NCBI GenBank assembly: GCA_964057225.1
Contig: OZ059898.1
Location: forward strand, 9,858,001-9,922,000
Source of the DNA: Auanema rhodensis
Lineage: Eukaryota; Animalia; Nematoda
Direction: 5' to 3'
Length of the DNA stretch: 64,000 nucleotides
Shown here: in pieces, positions 1 to 10,134 of the stretch
Position numbering within the stretch: position 1 is the stretch's first letter
Layout: each line of letters begins with the position of its first letter
Made by a program: the position numbers and the translations under genes
The notes under the pieces: model-generated
The model's input: only the letters and a program-made list of their open reading frames with translations
Database searches by the model: none
What the model was told of the DNA's origin: nothing

Positions 1-3000
1 CAGTTTTGTACACATTTCTTCAAACTTTTGAGATACAAAATTAGATCCTCTATCGGTGATCAGTCGATGAGGCGGTCCGTATATGTATACAAAGTTGCGT
101 AGAAATCTGTCAATTGTTATTTCTGTCGTAATTTGCGGTACTGCTATCGTTGTTGACCATTTAGTAAAAGCATCCTGGATGGTAATAACGTAAGTACAAT
201 TCCTTTTTGACGGGGGAAAAGGTCCCATTACATCCATATGAACTCGTTCAAAAGGCTTGGTCGGTATTTCAAATTGACCTATTGGCTGTACTGTCATAGA
301 ATGTGGGTCCTTCTTCCTTTGTGCGCATTTAATGCAGTTTTTGATATATATCATGATATCATTTTGCATGTTGGTCCAATAAAATCTCCGTAGGATAGCT
401 TCTTTAGTTTTATTAATTCCTTGATGCGCTGCGATTGTAGGATCTTCGTGAAATAATTCTATTATCTCGTCCTTGATTGGATGATCTTGTGGCACAACGA
501 TTGCAGGATGTGGTTTCTTGTCTGTTGGTTTTGTGTAGAGTAATCCATTTATAACGCAATATCTATCGTTAGAGACCATTTTCTTTTGCGTTCTATATTC
601 GATGTCCGCGATTGTTTTCTTTATCCATAGAGTATTTTGTTGAATTTCTTTTATAGCAGGTGTATCAATAGTATTTATTCTGATCGATTCTGCGTTTTTC
701 TTTTTCTTCTTTTCCGGCTTTGCATCATTTGCTTCATCGCCTATATAACGTGACAATGCATCACATACTTTATTGAGCTGGCCCTCTCTGTACCTTATCT
801 CAATGTCGTATTCTTGTATTACTAACTGAAATTTAGCAAGACGACCAAATAGGTCTCTGCGAGTTAGTAAACTTGTGAGAGGGCGATGGTCAGTGATACA
901 TATAGTATGCGTTCCCAGTATGTATGTGCGAAATTGATTCAGTGCGTATACTAACCCTAAGGCTTCAATTTCGATTGGTGCGTAATTGCGTTCCGCTTTT
1001 ACCAGTTTTCTGCTGGCAAATGCGATAGGATGAAGATGCTTCAATGGTTGCGTGGGATCTTCTGGTTGCAATAATACTGCGCCCACTGCTATGTTGCTGC
1101 CGTCACTCTCGATAATGAATAATCGATCAGATTTTGGTGGACTTAATACAGGCGCTTGGGTGAGACTTCTTTTTAATCGATCTACAGCTTCCTGATGTTG
1201 CTTTTCCCAAGCGAATTCGGTATCCGTCTTTGTCAAATCGTACAATGGGCTTGCGATACTTGCAAAATCTTTAATGAATTTGCGAAAAAATCCAACCATT
1301 CCTAAGAATGCGCGAACGCCTGTTGCGTTCTTTGGTGCCGGATATTCTTGTATCGCAGCCACTTTTTGAGGGTCCGGTTTTATTCCTTCTCTTCCAATTA
1401 TTAATCCGAGAAATTTTACTTCTGGTTGAGCAAAGGCGCATTTCTTTAACTTAATTTTCATTCCCAAACTTTCGACCGCATGTAATAATTCGTCGATATC
1501 TTCAAGGTGTTGCTTTCTTGTATCAGAGATTATCAGCAGATCGTCCAAGTATACAAATAATTTGCAAGAGCATTTACTTTGCAAATATCTTACTGCTGTT
1601 TGAAAAGTATGAGGGGCTCCGCAGAGACCCATAGGCATTTTTTTATATTGATACGTGCCTGATGTTGTTGTAAATGCTGTTAAATGACGATCAGATTTAC
1701 GTAGTGATATTTGAAAAAATCCTGATACTAAATCGAAGTTTGAGAAGAATTGAGCTCCAGCTGCCATGTCAACTATATCCGATATACTTGGTATAACGTA
1801 TGTTTGTTTACGCGTGACACTATTGAGGGCTCGAAAATCTGTCACGAACCTATATGTCTCATCCTTCTTCTTCACTAGCACAGCAGGGCTATTGAAGAGG
1901 GATGTAGAGGGTTCGATTATGCCTTGCTCTAGCATTTCTTTTACTTGCTTTTCCACTTCTTCCTGTTTACCAAGTGGAATCCTCGTTATTCTTGACCTTG
2001 GCATGTCCATATCCGATCTTAGTGGAATTGTATGCTCAATGGGTCCTTTAAATAGACCTATCTTCCTATCTTCATTAAGAAAGGCCTCACGATGGTTCTT
2101 AACTATGTTTGTGAGCTCGTGCTTGTCTTCATTATTCAAATCTGCTTTATCCAGATTAAGGTCATTCATAAAATTTCTTGGAAAGTGGGGTAATTTATTC
2201 TCCCAATCTGCTTCTGGTGGAATATATGGTTGCATAGGGTCTTCTTGTATTGTTTGCCAGCTTGGTACTTCTCCTATTGTTGCCTGCCCTATGACTGAAT
2301 TAGCTTCCATAGCTAATGTTTTGTCCGTATTGTTACGGAAAACTACATATACTCCACTTGTCTCACGGAAAGCTGTTGGATAACTTGAAGCTAATGCATT
2401 TCCGTTGTCCCCTAAGATTACCACTTCGTTTGATTTGAGTGGTCTATCAGCTTTGATTGGAATAGTGGACTCTTCATCGGGTTGTATGATTCTTTTCTTC
2501 AAATTGATGATATTTACTGTTATTGCCGTTTGTTTAATGGCGTCCTGTTCAATTAAAGGGAGTGCGTAATTTCCGATCTCTAGCATCTTTTTCGATGGTT
2601 TTAAACTGACATCAATGTTTTCACTGTCGAGCGTGCTCATAAAGTCCATCCCAATAAGAGCAGGGGCTGGGCAATCACAGTCATTTGAGACCAAAAAGGT
2701 ATGTTCTATCTCATAGCCAGCAATTTCGATGTTTAAATTTATTTTTCCGTATAATGTAAACGTTGTTTTGTTTGCTGCCATTGCCACTAATCGTCGCTTT
2801 TTGACGTGTTGGGCCATGTTCAGGTATTTTAATGTCGATAGCCTGACATATGAGACTGACGAGCCTGGTGGAATGAATGTTACGAGCGCCGGGTAATACT
2901 GCTTCATTATATTTTCTGGCATTGGTTGGTCTGGGCGGCTAACGAGTTCTAATGTTTCCTCGTAGCCTGGGGGCTCGTTGTCTGCTCTTTGAATATGCAT

Positions 3001-6000
3001 GACTGGTAGTGGCATTGCTTTGAAAAAGTAAAATTTTCCGGCAAAGATGGTAATTATGATTGCTGCAATGATTAGAACAGTAGATCCTATTAATATTAAG
3101 GTTCTTTCAATTGTCCCCATTAAGAATTGTTTTATGCTATTCCAGGCTGTAGTTGTGAACTCAGTTGCTTTCGAAATATAATCGCTGCCCTTTTTCAAAA
3201 GAATAAAGGCTGACGTTATCTTTGGGTCGTTGTGAATCGTATTTAGTACGTGATTTTGTCGTATTGAAGCTAAACTAGCTCCATACGCTATTGCGGTAGT
3301 CATTGAATAGACTCTTGATGAAAGATTAGTATAAAGATGAGCACCTGTAAATTTTAAAGGCGTAACTTTATGTTGGTGAGCTCCATCAAAAAGTGTGATG
3401 GGATTGACTTCCGCAGACCCATTAATGTTCATCCATTCCCCGTTTTTCTCATAAATATCAGTTGGTACGTGTTCGCAGTCGATTTCTTTCCCGTACGAGA
3501 GTAAATCTCTTGATCCCGGTGCTGCGAAATATAATTTGTTGTCTTCGGTTGTTACTGGTGTCTCTAAGTAACATGTTTCATTGATTTTATGAGAGTGGTG
3601 AACGGTTTTAGGCTCTATTGGTAGGCATATATGAACATGAACTATTTCGCTGCCCACGAAACGCGCTGCTATGTCTTCTCTGCCAAGGATTGTTCTCATT
3701 GCTATGGTTGGCTCTATTTGGAGAATTGAACGCCACAATTCGAGATATCTATTTTGTATCTCGCATATGGATTCGTAAGATTCCATAAAATGCTTTTGCA
3801 ATTCTTCCTGTATAAGAGTGGTTGCATATTGTAGATGATCTTGCGCTATTCTCTGAGATATATTCTCTTTATATTGTATCTCGTTGTTTACTTTGGAGCC
3901 TATATAATGTGCTTGCGCTTGTACTGCTTTCGTTTCAATCTCCAAAGGTGGTGATGACGTTCTCTGCTTTCTTTGCGATCTTAAAGACATATCTGTGACC
4001 GTTGCAAACGTAGTAATAGGCTGTTCTTTGTGAACACCATATATTAATGTAACCGTTGTTGGCGCGCGCGTGGATGTTATGGTTTGAGTTGTATCGATTT
4101 CTGGCGTTGTTTGAGGGTCCTGGATTAGCTTTGTTACTTCCGTTGTTGTCGTTATATATTCCGTTTTGTCTGTCAGGCGTCTGGTTGAGTAGGGAGGTGT
4201 TCTTTTATCCTCTAGTAGCGGTAGAAAGGTTTGAATGAGAAGATTTCGTGTATATTTGTTAGGACTTTTTGTTTGTTGATGGGGCCCAACAGGTATACCA
4301 AAATTATTCTCCATATCTCGATATAATTTCTCTATATCTGGCAGGATAATAGTTGGTACAGGCAGATGTCGAAATCTTTCATCGTCTGCTCTGGCCGCTG
4401 TTTGATTGGGTTTTATCGTACGTAGTTTGAGGACTTGGTGATATAGGTCAATTGTTTCTTTAATAATCAGTTGTTCCTCTTCGTTATTAGTTGATAATAC
4501 GGGCCTGATTGGCGGCATGTTTACAAATGCTTTCAAAACTTCTTGTTTTGATGGCACCGACATGTTATTTTGAGCGAAAATGGTCGGTGTAAATGCCAAC
4601 TCGAGCGCTATACTTTCGGTTCGCTCTCGATAACTTCCTTCTTTTGTGAGTATTTTTTCGTCAAATTCTTCTGCTGTTAATCTGTCGCCTATCTGCTCTA
4701 AAAGTTGCAGGGAGGTGAGGTATTTAACGGCTCCTCTTGTGGTAGCTGCCAGTTCTTTTTGGGCGAAGAATTGAAGCATTGCTTCTTCCGGGTCGTAGAA
4801 TTCATATATTTTTAAGAATCTTTCTATTGATCTATCCGAAGTAGTGCTTCGTAGGAAGAATTTGAACTGCTCGGGATGTGCTGAGATCCACTTAACGATA
4901 GAATATGTTGGATCTATTGTCCGTCTGGCTCGAATTATAGGAATTATTTGTGATATCCCAGGGTTACTCATTACTGGACGTAAAAATGGGTATGGGCATA
5001 TGTTCAATGTTAAAGTTTCGTAGTCTTCTTGTTCTTTTATCCAGCTTTCGTCCAATTGCAGTGCGCATTGCGCTATAGCCCTTTTTTGACGCTTAGCTGG
5101 CAACTTTTTATATTCTCTTTCAATTAAGTTGTGTATATTACTGTCATTTGGATATTTGGGAAAGAGTATATAATTGCCCGTGGTTGATTGAAATATAGGT
5201 TGCGAAAAACATGATGTAATCTGTTTTGGAATTTGTTTATTGTCGATAACAAGGGCTGACTGCGTATTGGGAATTAGTATTATGCTGTCTCCAATGATGG
5301 CATCGTATTCACTCATGTCTATGTAGTTGCATCTCTGTTCGTATGATTGGATTTCCCAGATGATCATTGAAGTATTGGATGCGCATTGGCCATGATGTGC
5401 AAGACAGCCTTCCGTATTGAGTAATAGATTTGTCAATATGGTGTCGTCTGGCATCCTGGTCATAACGCCTCTTTCCAAAACCAGTCGTTCTTTTTCTTCG
5501 CATTGTTCGTAATTGAATGAGCGCGCTGGAGAGAATGTAGGTTCGGTTGTCGCGTATGTCAAGCTATCCAATTTAATCAGGTCTTCTGATTTCCATTTAC
5601 GGTCGCGGACAGCCAGTCTACATTCGTTTTCTGTTGTTGGCTCAATTCGAACAATGGAGGAGTTATGATCTCTTAAAAATAGCAAATCCCTGATGCATAT
5701 TTTATGTATTTCTTTTGAACATCTCCATGAATCCCATTCGTGAGCCGTCTGGTTTCTTGTATACAGATGTATGTTTGTGCGGAGGACATGTTTGGTAGGT
5801 GGTATTGTGCATTTCCTCAGGGGTGGGGGTATAAGGAGGGCTCCACCTGTAGCTTTAGTGCACATCTGATAAGCATCAGTTATAGTGATTAGTGATAAGA
5901 TCACTGATAAAGCTACTGCTAGTGTTAAGGGGGATATCAAGGTCAAATTATTGACTCTTGAGCCTCTTCCTCTACCTCTATTATTGTTGTTTCCCCTGAA

Positions 6001-7920
6001 GGGATTATTACCGCGTTGACGGTTATCACTCTCCTGATTACGTGATAAGTTGTTATTTCTTTGATACCAATTTGGATTTGAGAAATTTCTACCGCGATTA
6101 CCAAGATTGCGGTTTCTTGCGAAAGAATTTTGCAGATTTTGTGGTTTCTGATTATTTGATGAATTTTGATAACTTTGATAATTTTGATAATTTTGGTAGT
6201 TTCTATTGTTAAATGATTGATAGCCTCTGCCGATTCCTCGCCTTCCGGTGTCGCGCCTGGGAGGGAATGTTCTATCGATTGCGTTAACCAGTAGCGCCTG
6301 AGGGTCGGCTACTTGGTTAGCAATTGATTCCTCCCATCTGGCATTATCAATTGCCTCGGCAAACGTTTTTGGTTTAGCTCTGATTACCCCCGGGCGTATT
6401 GTGTTTTTGAGACCGCGTAGAAAGGTGGATCTAAGGATATGGTCTTTGTGTGGGTCTGTATGTGAGAAAGCGTTTAAGCTTAGGCTTCGTAAAGTTTGTG
6501 CAAATCCATCTACTGATAGCTCGCCTTGGGTGGAATTCTGTAGCGTTATCAGCGCCGGATCTTGATTATACTCTGGGCATAGCCTAGAGGTAAGTTCTTC
6601 GATGAGAGTATTCCACGAGCCAGATGTCTTGATAGTATCGCTAAGCTGTGTATAAGCTTCTTCAGCTCGTTCGTTTTTGAGAAGTAATGGTAAGATTGTT
6701 AATCTTTCGGGCATAACTAAGCCTAAGGCGTTTGCAAAGGTGTTAAACTTGGCCACGAAGTCTCTAAAGTTGCGACTTCCGTCGTATATAGGGCAATATG
6801 GGGAGCTTAATGCCTGAGCAATGGTAGATTTACCCGCTCCTGGAAGCCGTGATGTTTCAGTCATTTCGGATGAGATGCCCTCAGGGTATGTGATAGGTGA
6901 TATTATCACTTCGCTCCCTGTTGGATCTTGATGAGTGTTTTCTATTGCCTTAGGGTTTCTGCTAGAGGAGCCTATTATAGGTGTAGTTGTTGCGAAACGG
7001 GCTCTTGGAACCTGGATGACTTTACCAGATGCCTGAGGCGATGTTCTATCAGTTGATCGTGAGCTAGGGATCGCACTATCTGATCTGTTAAGATTAGGAT
7101 TATGTGAAGAAAACCGGGGTTTTGCTGTTCCGCCGGGTGTTGTTTTATCGCCTGGGGATAAGTTTAAAATCTTTATCAGTCGATTTGTTAAAGATCTTTT
7201 GTTTTTAAACTTATCAGTTGTTAATGATAAGGGTGAAGCTTCTTGTATGCCTTCGAGGCTGGCTTCTGCTGACGAAGTTTCTGTTGCGCGCTTACTGGGT
7301 GTTTTTGTCTTCCGCTTATTAGGGATATTCTTTTTGATCTTATCAGTGATTTTTGATAAGGTTGAAGGGTTGTCACTAAGTTGGGTGGGTTCTAAAGTTA
7401 GCGAATGTGGTTGATTAATAGGCGTGGAAGGCGCTTGCGGGCTTTGTGTTAACCCGAGGGATGGGGAAGGTGCGTTATCAGTGATAACTGATAAGTTCGA
7501 CGCGTTTGGGCCTGGGGTTACCGGTGAGGCAGATGCGGTTGTCGGCTTTTTCTTTTGAATTTTTCGCAAATTTTTATTAGTATCAACTGAGCGTACCTTG
7601 GGATTTGTAGTTGGAGTTTGAGTGCTGTCGTCGGCTATGATGAAGTCCGGGTCTTCGTCGGTGTCGTCAGAAGGTGAATATGTACCTTCTCGGGGAGTAT
7701 AGAACTTGTCGACTTGCGGCTTCGGCTTCTCGTCTGGTTGGTGCGGTTCTTCTATTTGAACACTGAGAAGTCGGGTGCGGCTTCGGGTACGACTTGCGAC
7801 AGTAGCGTCACTGTTGATATCGGACGGGTAAAGGGCTGGGAAAGCCGATGAGAATCTTTTGGCCACCTTTGTAGGACTTTTGGTTTGGAAAAACCGAGAA
7901 TGGTGAGCTACGTGTGGGAT
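1..7920 (-). CDS. Gag-Env-Pol polyprotein of element A (partial, runs off the window in integrase; protease catalytic DSG deleted)
   Basis: Manual translation; all segments checked share one frame: IPHVAHHSRFFQTKS (7920), METSRLPGAGKST region (ATG 6864), signal peptide ...ITDA|YQMC (5871), RQKR (5080-5091), CEIQNRYLELW, TM ~3031-3105, RT YLDD (~1540-1551), RNase H, IN HHCC and ITDRGSNF at the edge. Its absence from the ORF track is consistent with there being no stop before the window edge. Confidence 0.9.
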   Translation of the reverse strand, partial: MPHVAHHSRFFQTKSPTKVAKRFSSAFPALYPSDINSDATVASRTRSRTRLLSVQIEEPHQPDEKPKPQVDKFYTPREGTYSPSDDTDEDPDFIIADDSTQTPTTNPKVRSVDTNKNLRKIQKKKPTTASASPVTPGPNASNLSVITDNAPSPSLGLTQSPQAPSTPINQPHSLTLEPTQLSDNPSTLSKITDKIKKNIPNKRKTKTPSKRATETSSAEASLEGIQEASPLSLTTDKFKNKRSLTNRLIKILNLSPGDKTTPGGTAKPRFSSHNPNLNRSDSAIPSSRSTDRTSPQASGKVIQVPRARFATTTPIIGSSSRNPKAIENTHQDPTGSEVIISPITYPEGISSEMTETSRLPGAGKSTIAQALSSPYCPIYDGSRNFRDFVAKFNTFANALGLVMPERLTILPLLLKNERAEEAYTQLSDTIKTSGSWNTLIEELTSRLCPEYNQDPALITLQNSTQGELSVDGFAQTLRSLSLNAFSHTDPHKDHILRSTFLRGLKNTIRPGVIRAKPKTFAEAIDNARWEESIANQVADPQALLVNAIDRTFPPRRDTGRRGIGRGYQSFNNRNYQNYQNYQSYQNSSNNQKPQNLQNSFARNRNLGNRGRNFSNPNWYQRNNNLSRNQESDNRQRGNNPFRGNNNNRGRGRGSRVNNLTLISPLTLAVALSVILSLITITDAYQMCTKATGGALLIPPPLRKCTIPPTKHVLRTNIHLYTRNQTAHEWDSWRCSKEIHKICIRDLLFLRDHNSSIVRIEPTTENECRLAVRDRKWKSEDLIKLDSLTYATTEPTFSPARSFNYEQCEEKERLVLERGVMTRMPDDTILTNLLLNTEGCLAHHGQCASNTSMIIWEIQSYEQRCNYIDMSEYDAIIGDSIILIPNTQSALVIDNKQIPKQITSCFSQPIFQSTTGNYILFPKYPNDSNIHNLIEREYKKLPAKRQKRAIAQCALQLDESWIKEQEDYETLTLNICPYPFLRPVMSNPGISQIIPIIRARRTIDPTYSIVKWISAHPEQFKFFLRSTTSDRSIERFLKIYEFYDPEEAMLQFFAQKELAATTRGAVKYLTSLQLLEQIGDRLTAEEFDEKILTKEGSYRERTESIALELAFTPTIFAQNNMSVPSKQEVLKAFVNMPPIRPVLSTNNEEEQLIIKETIDLYHQVLKLRTIKPNQTAARADDERFRHLPVPTIILPDIEKLYRDMENNFGIPVGPHQQTKSPNKYTRNLLIQTFLPLLEDKRTPPYSTRRLTDKTEYITTTTEVTKLIQDPQTTPEIDTTQTITSTRAPTTVTLIYGVHKEQPITTFATVTDMSLRSQRKQRTSSPPLEIETKAVQAQAHYIGSKVNNEIQYKENISQRIAQDHLQYATTLIQEELQKHFMESYESICEIQNRYLELWRSILQIEPTIAMRTILGREDIAARFVGSEIVHVHICLPIEPKTVHHSHKINETCYLETPVTTEDNKLYFAAPGSRDLLSYGKEIDCEHVPTDIYEKNGEWMNINGSAEVNPITLFDGAHQHKVTPLKFTGAHLYTNLSSRVYSMTTAIAYGASLASIRQNHVLNTIHNDPKITSAFILLKKGSDYISKATEFTTTAWNSIKQFLMGTIERTLILIGSTVLIIAAIIITIFAGKFYFFKAMPLPVMHIQRADNEPPGYEETLELVSRPDQPMPENIMKQYYPALVTFIPPGSSVSYVRLSTLKYLNMAQHVKKRRLVAMAANKTTFTLYGKINLNIEIAGYEIEHTFLVSNDCDCPAPALIGMDFMSTLDSENIDVSLKPSKKMLEIGNYALPLIEQDAIKQTAITVNIINLKKRIIQPDEESTIPIKADRPLKSNEVVILGDNGNALASSYPTAFRETSGVYVVFRNNTDKTLAMEANSVIGQATIGEVPSWQTIQEDPMQPYIPPEADWENKLPHFPRNFMNDLNLDKADLNNEDKHELTNIVKNHREAFLNEDRKIGLFKGPIEHTIPLRSDMDMPRSRITRIPLGKQEEVEKQVKEMLEQGIIEPSTSLFNSPAVLVKKKDETYRFVTDFRALNSVTRKQTYVIPSISDIVDMAAGAQFFSNFDLVSGFFQISLRKSDRHLTAFTTTSGTYQYKKMPMGLCGAPHTFQTAVRYLQSKCSCKLFVYLDDLLIISDTRKQHLEDIDELLHAVESLGMKIKLKKCAFAQPEVKFLGLIIGREGIKPDPQKVAAIQEYPAPKNATGVRAFLGMVGFFRKFIKDFASIASPLYDLTKTDTEFAWEKQHQEAVDRLKRSLTQAPVLSPPKSDRLFIIESDGSNIAVGAVLLQPEDPTQPLKHLHPIAFASRKLVKAERNYAPIEIEALGLVYALNQFRTYILGTHTICITDHRPLTSLLTRRDLFGRLAKFQLVIQEYDIEIRYREGQLNKVCDALSRYIGDEANDAKPEKKKKKNAESIRINTIDTPAIKEIQQNTLWIKKTIADIEYRTQKKMVSNDRYCVINGLLYTKPTDKKPHPAIVVPQDHPIKDEIIELFHEDPTIAAHQGINKTKEAILRRFYWTNMQNDIMIYIKNCIKCAQRKKDPHSMTVQPIGQFEIPTKPFERVHMDVMGPFPPSKRNCTYVITIQDAFTKWSTTIAVPQITTEITIDRFLRNFVYIYGPPHRLITDRGSNFVSQKFEEMCTKL

Positions 7921-8261
7921 GTTGATGTAAGGTGCGTAAGATTCTTTTAGATGTGTGTTGGGAGAGAGAGATTCGGGAGCAATAGGATAGTCGTGCTTCG
8001 CTGGGCGATGCGGAGGGTAAATGAGAGGGAGTTTTCCAAATCGTGGCCACCAATCTGACTCCGCCTATCTACCGTAAGCTTATTATAGTTAATGATGTTT
8101 ATCTCTTCTCAAAAACTATTTTTATCCGCTCTTGCACTTTCCGCTTGTACTTGCTTTAATCTCTCTCTTTACGAGTAGCTTTCAATCATGTTTTTATCCC
8201 TCTTTTCTCTCTTGTTTACCAAGCTATATTTTATTATTTTGAGAGCTAAGAATTTTTGAAA

Positions 8262-8797
8262 ATGAGCGTCCAGCCTACTGGAATGACCTTCGTCATGCAA
8301 AAGCTGTATGACGTTATTGTCTTTTATGATGCTGAAGAGAGATTGGCTTATAGGCCCCATCCTGATATAGTATTAATGGTTGGTGCATTAGTCAATTTCA
8401 GTATTTTCTTTTGCTATTTTAGTTTATTGAGGATCTGCAAATGTTCTATTTGGGCAGGGGCCTCGTTAATTTTTCCGCTATGGCGGAAATTGCGCCCGAG
8501 ATTGAGCTCGTAGGGCGTCTCTGCCTCCGTGACCTCTGCGCGCATTCTTATGCCGCTCTCCCGTGTGGACTTGTAGGAAGTCCCTGGAGATGGTATACCG
8601 AGAGGCAGCCTTTATTCTATGAATTATTATGTAAAATTTTGTTTAAAATTTATGTATGTTATGATAGCTCTTCGCTTGGATTGCAGCTGAGGGCCTCACT
8701 GGGGAGAGAGTATCCCGAATACCTCACCCCCAGTTACGAGCCTATCTCTCCTGTTGCAGAGTTTGAGAGACAGCTAGCTTTCAAGTGGGGATTTTGA
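8262..8797 (+). CDS. Putative spliced antisense gene in the leader of element A (exons 8262-8378 and 8423-8797, 163 aa, unknown function)
   Basis: AAAATG start; a 44-nt GT..TTTTAG intron joins two ORF-track ORFs in frame; AATAAA at 8801-8806, 3 nt after the stop. Confidence 0.45.
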
Positions 8798-9109
8798 CTG
8801 AATAAAGCTTGTACTCTGTGTTTTTATTTTTATGCGCTTTGCTCTGTTTTCGTCAAGAAAATGGACTTATGTTTTCAATCTTTTCCTCATTCTTTTTCCC
8901 TTAAATAGCATGTTTTGCTCAAAATGTTTTCGACATTGTGCATGCTAATGAGGTTTGAGGAGAGTTATTGAAAAGGCTGTCCTTTTTCTTGATCAAAATA
9001 AGCAAAAGTGCGTTTTCCTAAGCGAATTTCTTTTTGAAACTGAGAAAAATACGTCTATTTTTAAACATTTCCCATTTACTTAGGATTACTGTAGGAGATA
9101 AGGGGTATC

Positions 9110-9390
9110 TTATGAGTTGAAACAACGAAATGATTTGAGGAAGGTGACATAATCTACGGGGATAAAATCCGTAGCAGTTATGCTTCCGCCAACTTGACCT
9201 GACTGTCAAATAAGAGCTGAGAAGTCTTATTGCAGATTTACCAGGCTTTTTCGGACTAGTGTGGTCTGTTTTTATATTCAATTTATGTAACCGTTTTTGG
9301 TTTCCCGCAAAATAATATGTAAGATGATCTTTTACGTCTGAATATAATAATTTTTCAAAATTCTAGTCCTGACCACAAATATACAAACTA
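9110..9390 (-). promoter_or_regulatory. Conserved structured RNA element in the 5' leader of element A
   Basis: Blocks of identity with 43381-43690 of element B, a 1-nt indel between blocks (non-coding) and compensatory base-pair changes. Confidence 0.65.
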
Positions 9391-9768
9391 TAAACAATTG
9401 CGCGCGTCTTATAAAATTTTTTTGTTCCAATTATCAAACTTCTCTATGCCCAAAAAAAAATGTGAACAATTATAATTTCTCGTTTGGCGAAATTGTCCTC
9501 TATTTCAATCCAAACGTCCTCAAAATGGCATGAGAAGCGGTACAAGATACGATAAAGAAAAGGGTGGACATTCAGACGGTTTTTAAATTGAGGACGGCGG
9601 GCAAAAATTTTATTGGTCCTATCTCGCATTTAAGCGAGATCCCTTGTATCTGTACCTTAAAACAAATTGGCGCCTTCATTTTGTTGTTTCAAGTGGAGGA
9701 ATTTATAATTTAGAATGCAAAAATTGACTTTTACAATAAAAAAAATTTTTTTTTTTTTTTCAAAAGAT

Positions 9769-9789
9769 GAGTTCGAGGTGGAACCTCCA
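9769..9789 (-). promoter_or_regulatory. Primer-binding site (tRNA-Gln), element A
   Basis: TGGAGGTTCCACC-TCGAACTC directly after the LTR; complementary to the metazoan tRNA-Gln 3' end GGTGGAACCT-CCA. Confidence 0.85.
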
Positions 9790-10134
9790 CGTTCCGTTAC
9801 GCTCCTGCGTCGATAATATAAACCATTGTAGTTTATACTATGACGCGCATAGTATTCCTTGGTGTAGCGGTAAGGAATAAAGAGCATAAGGTCAACCATA
9901 AGATAAAAGAGAGAAAGATTTATTGGCATGAAACTACAACAATAATATACAAAGATAAAGATACAATACAATAAGATAAATATAAGTATAAAGACTAAAC
10001 TACAAGCCGTCCATGAGCTTGCTAAGAGGCGAACTCCCGACCAAGGGAACGAGGGAAGGCGGAGCCATTCCTCGGTCCTCTGGTCGTCTGGCTCTAACCC
10101 TTCAGCTACATATATGGGGAGTCCGAATGGAACG
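9790..10134 (-). repeat. 5' LTR of element A (345 bp, CGTTCC...GGAACG)
   Basis: Starts CGTTCCATTCGG and ends TAACGGAACG, as in the element B LTR; U5 is homologous to B. Confidence 0.9.

Larger units (their letters stand above)
1..10134 (-). mobile_element. Ty3/gypsy LTR retrotransposon A (env-bearing, Gag-Env-Pol order); 3' part lies outside the window
   Basis: LTR 9790-10134, PBS 9777-9789 and a continuous minus-strand polyprotein frame homologous to element B. Right junction falls directly into the array monomer (GGAACG|GCTATCTCTAC). Confidence 0.95.

Noticed and set aside
1766-2383. 205-aa plus-strand ORF (and similar ORFs at 50273-50707 and 63290-63601)
   Set aside because: Antisense shadows of the conserved RT coding region.
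9018-9281. Small leader ORFs (9018-9281 and 43598-43843) sharing GFxP...CHLP
   Set aside because: The similarity is nucleotide-level, with a 1-nt indel between conserved blocks and no shared start; better explained by RNA structure.
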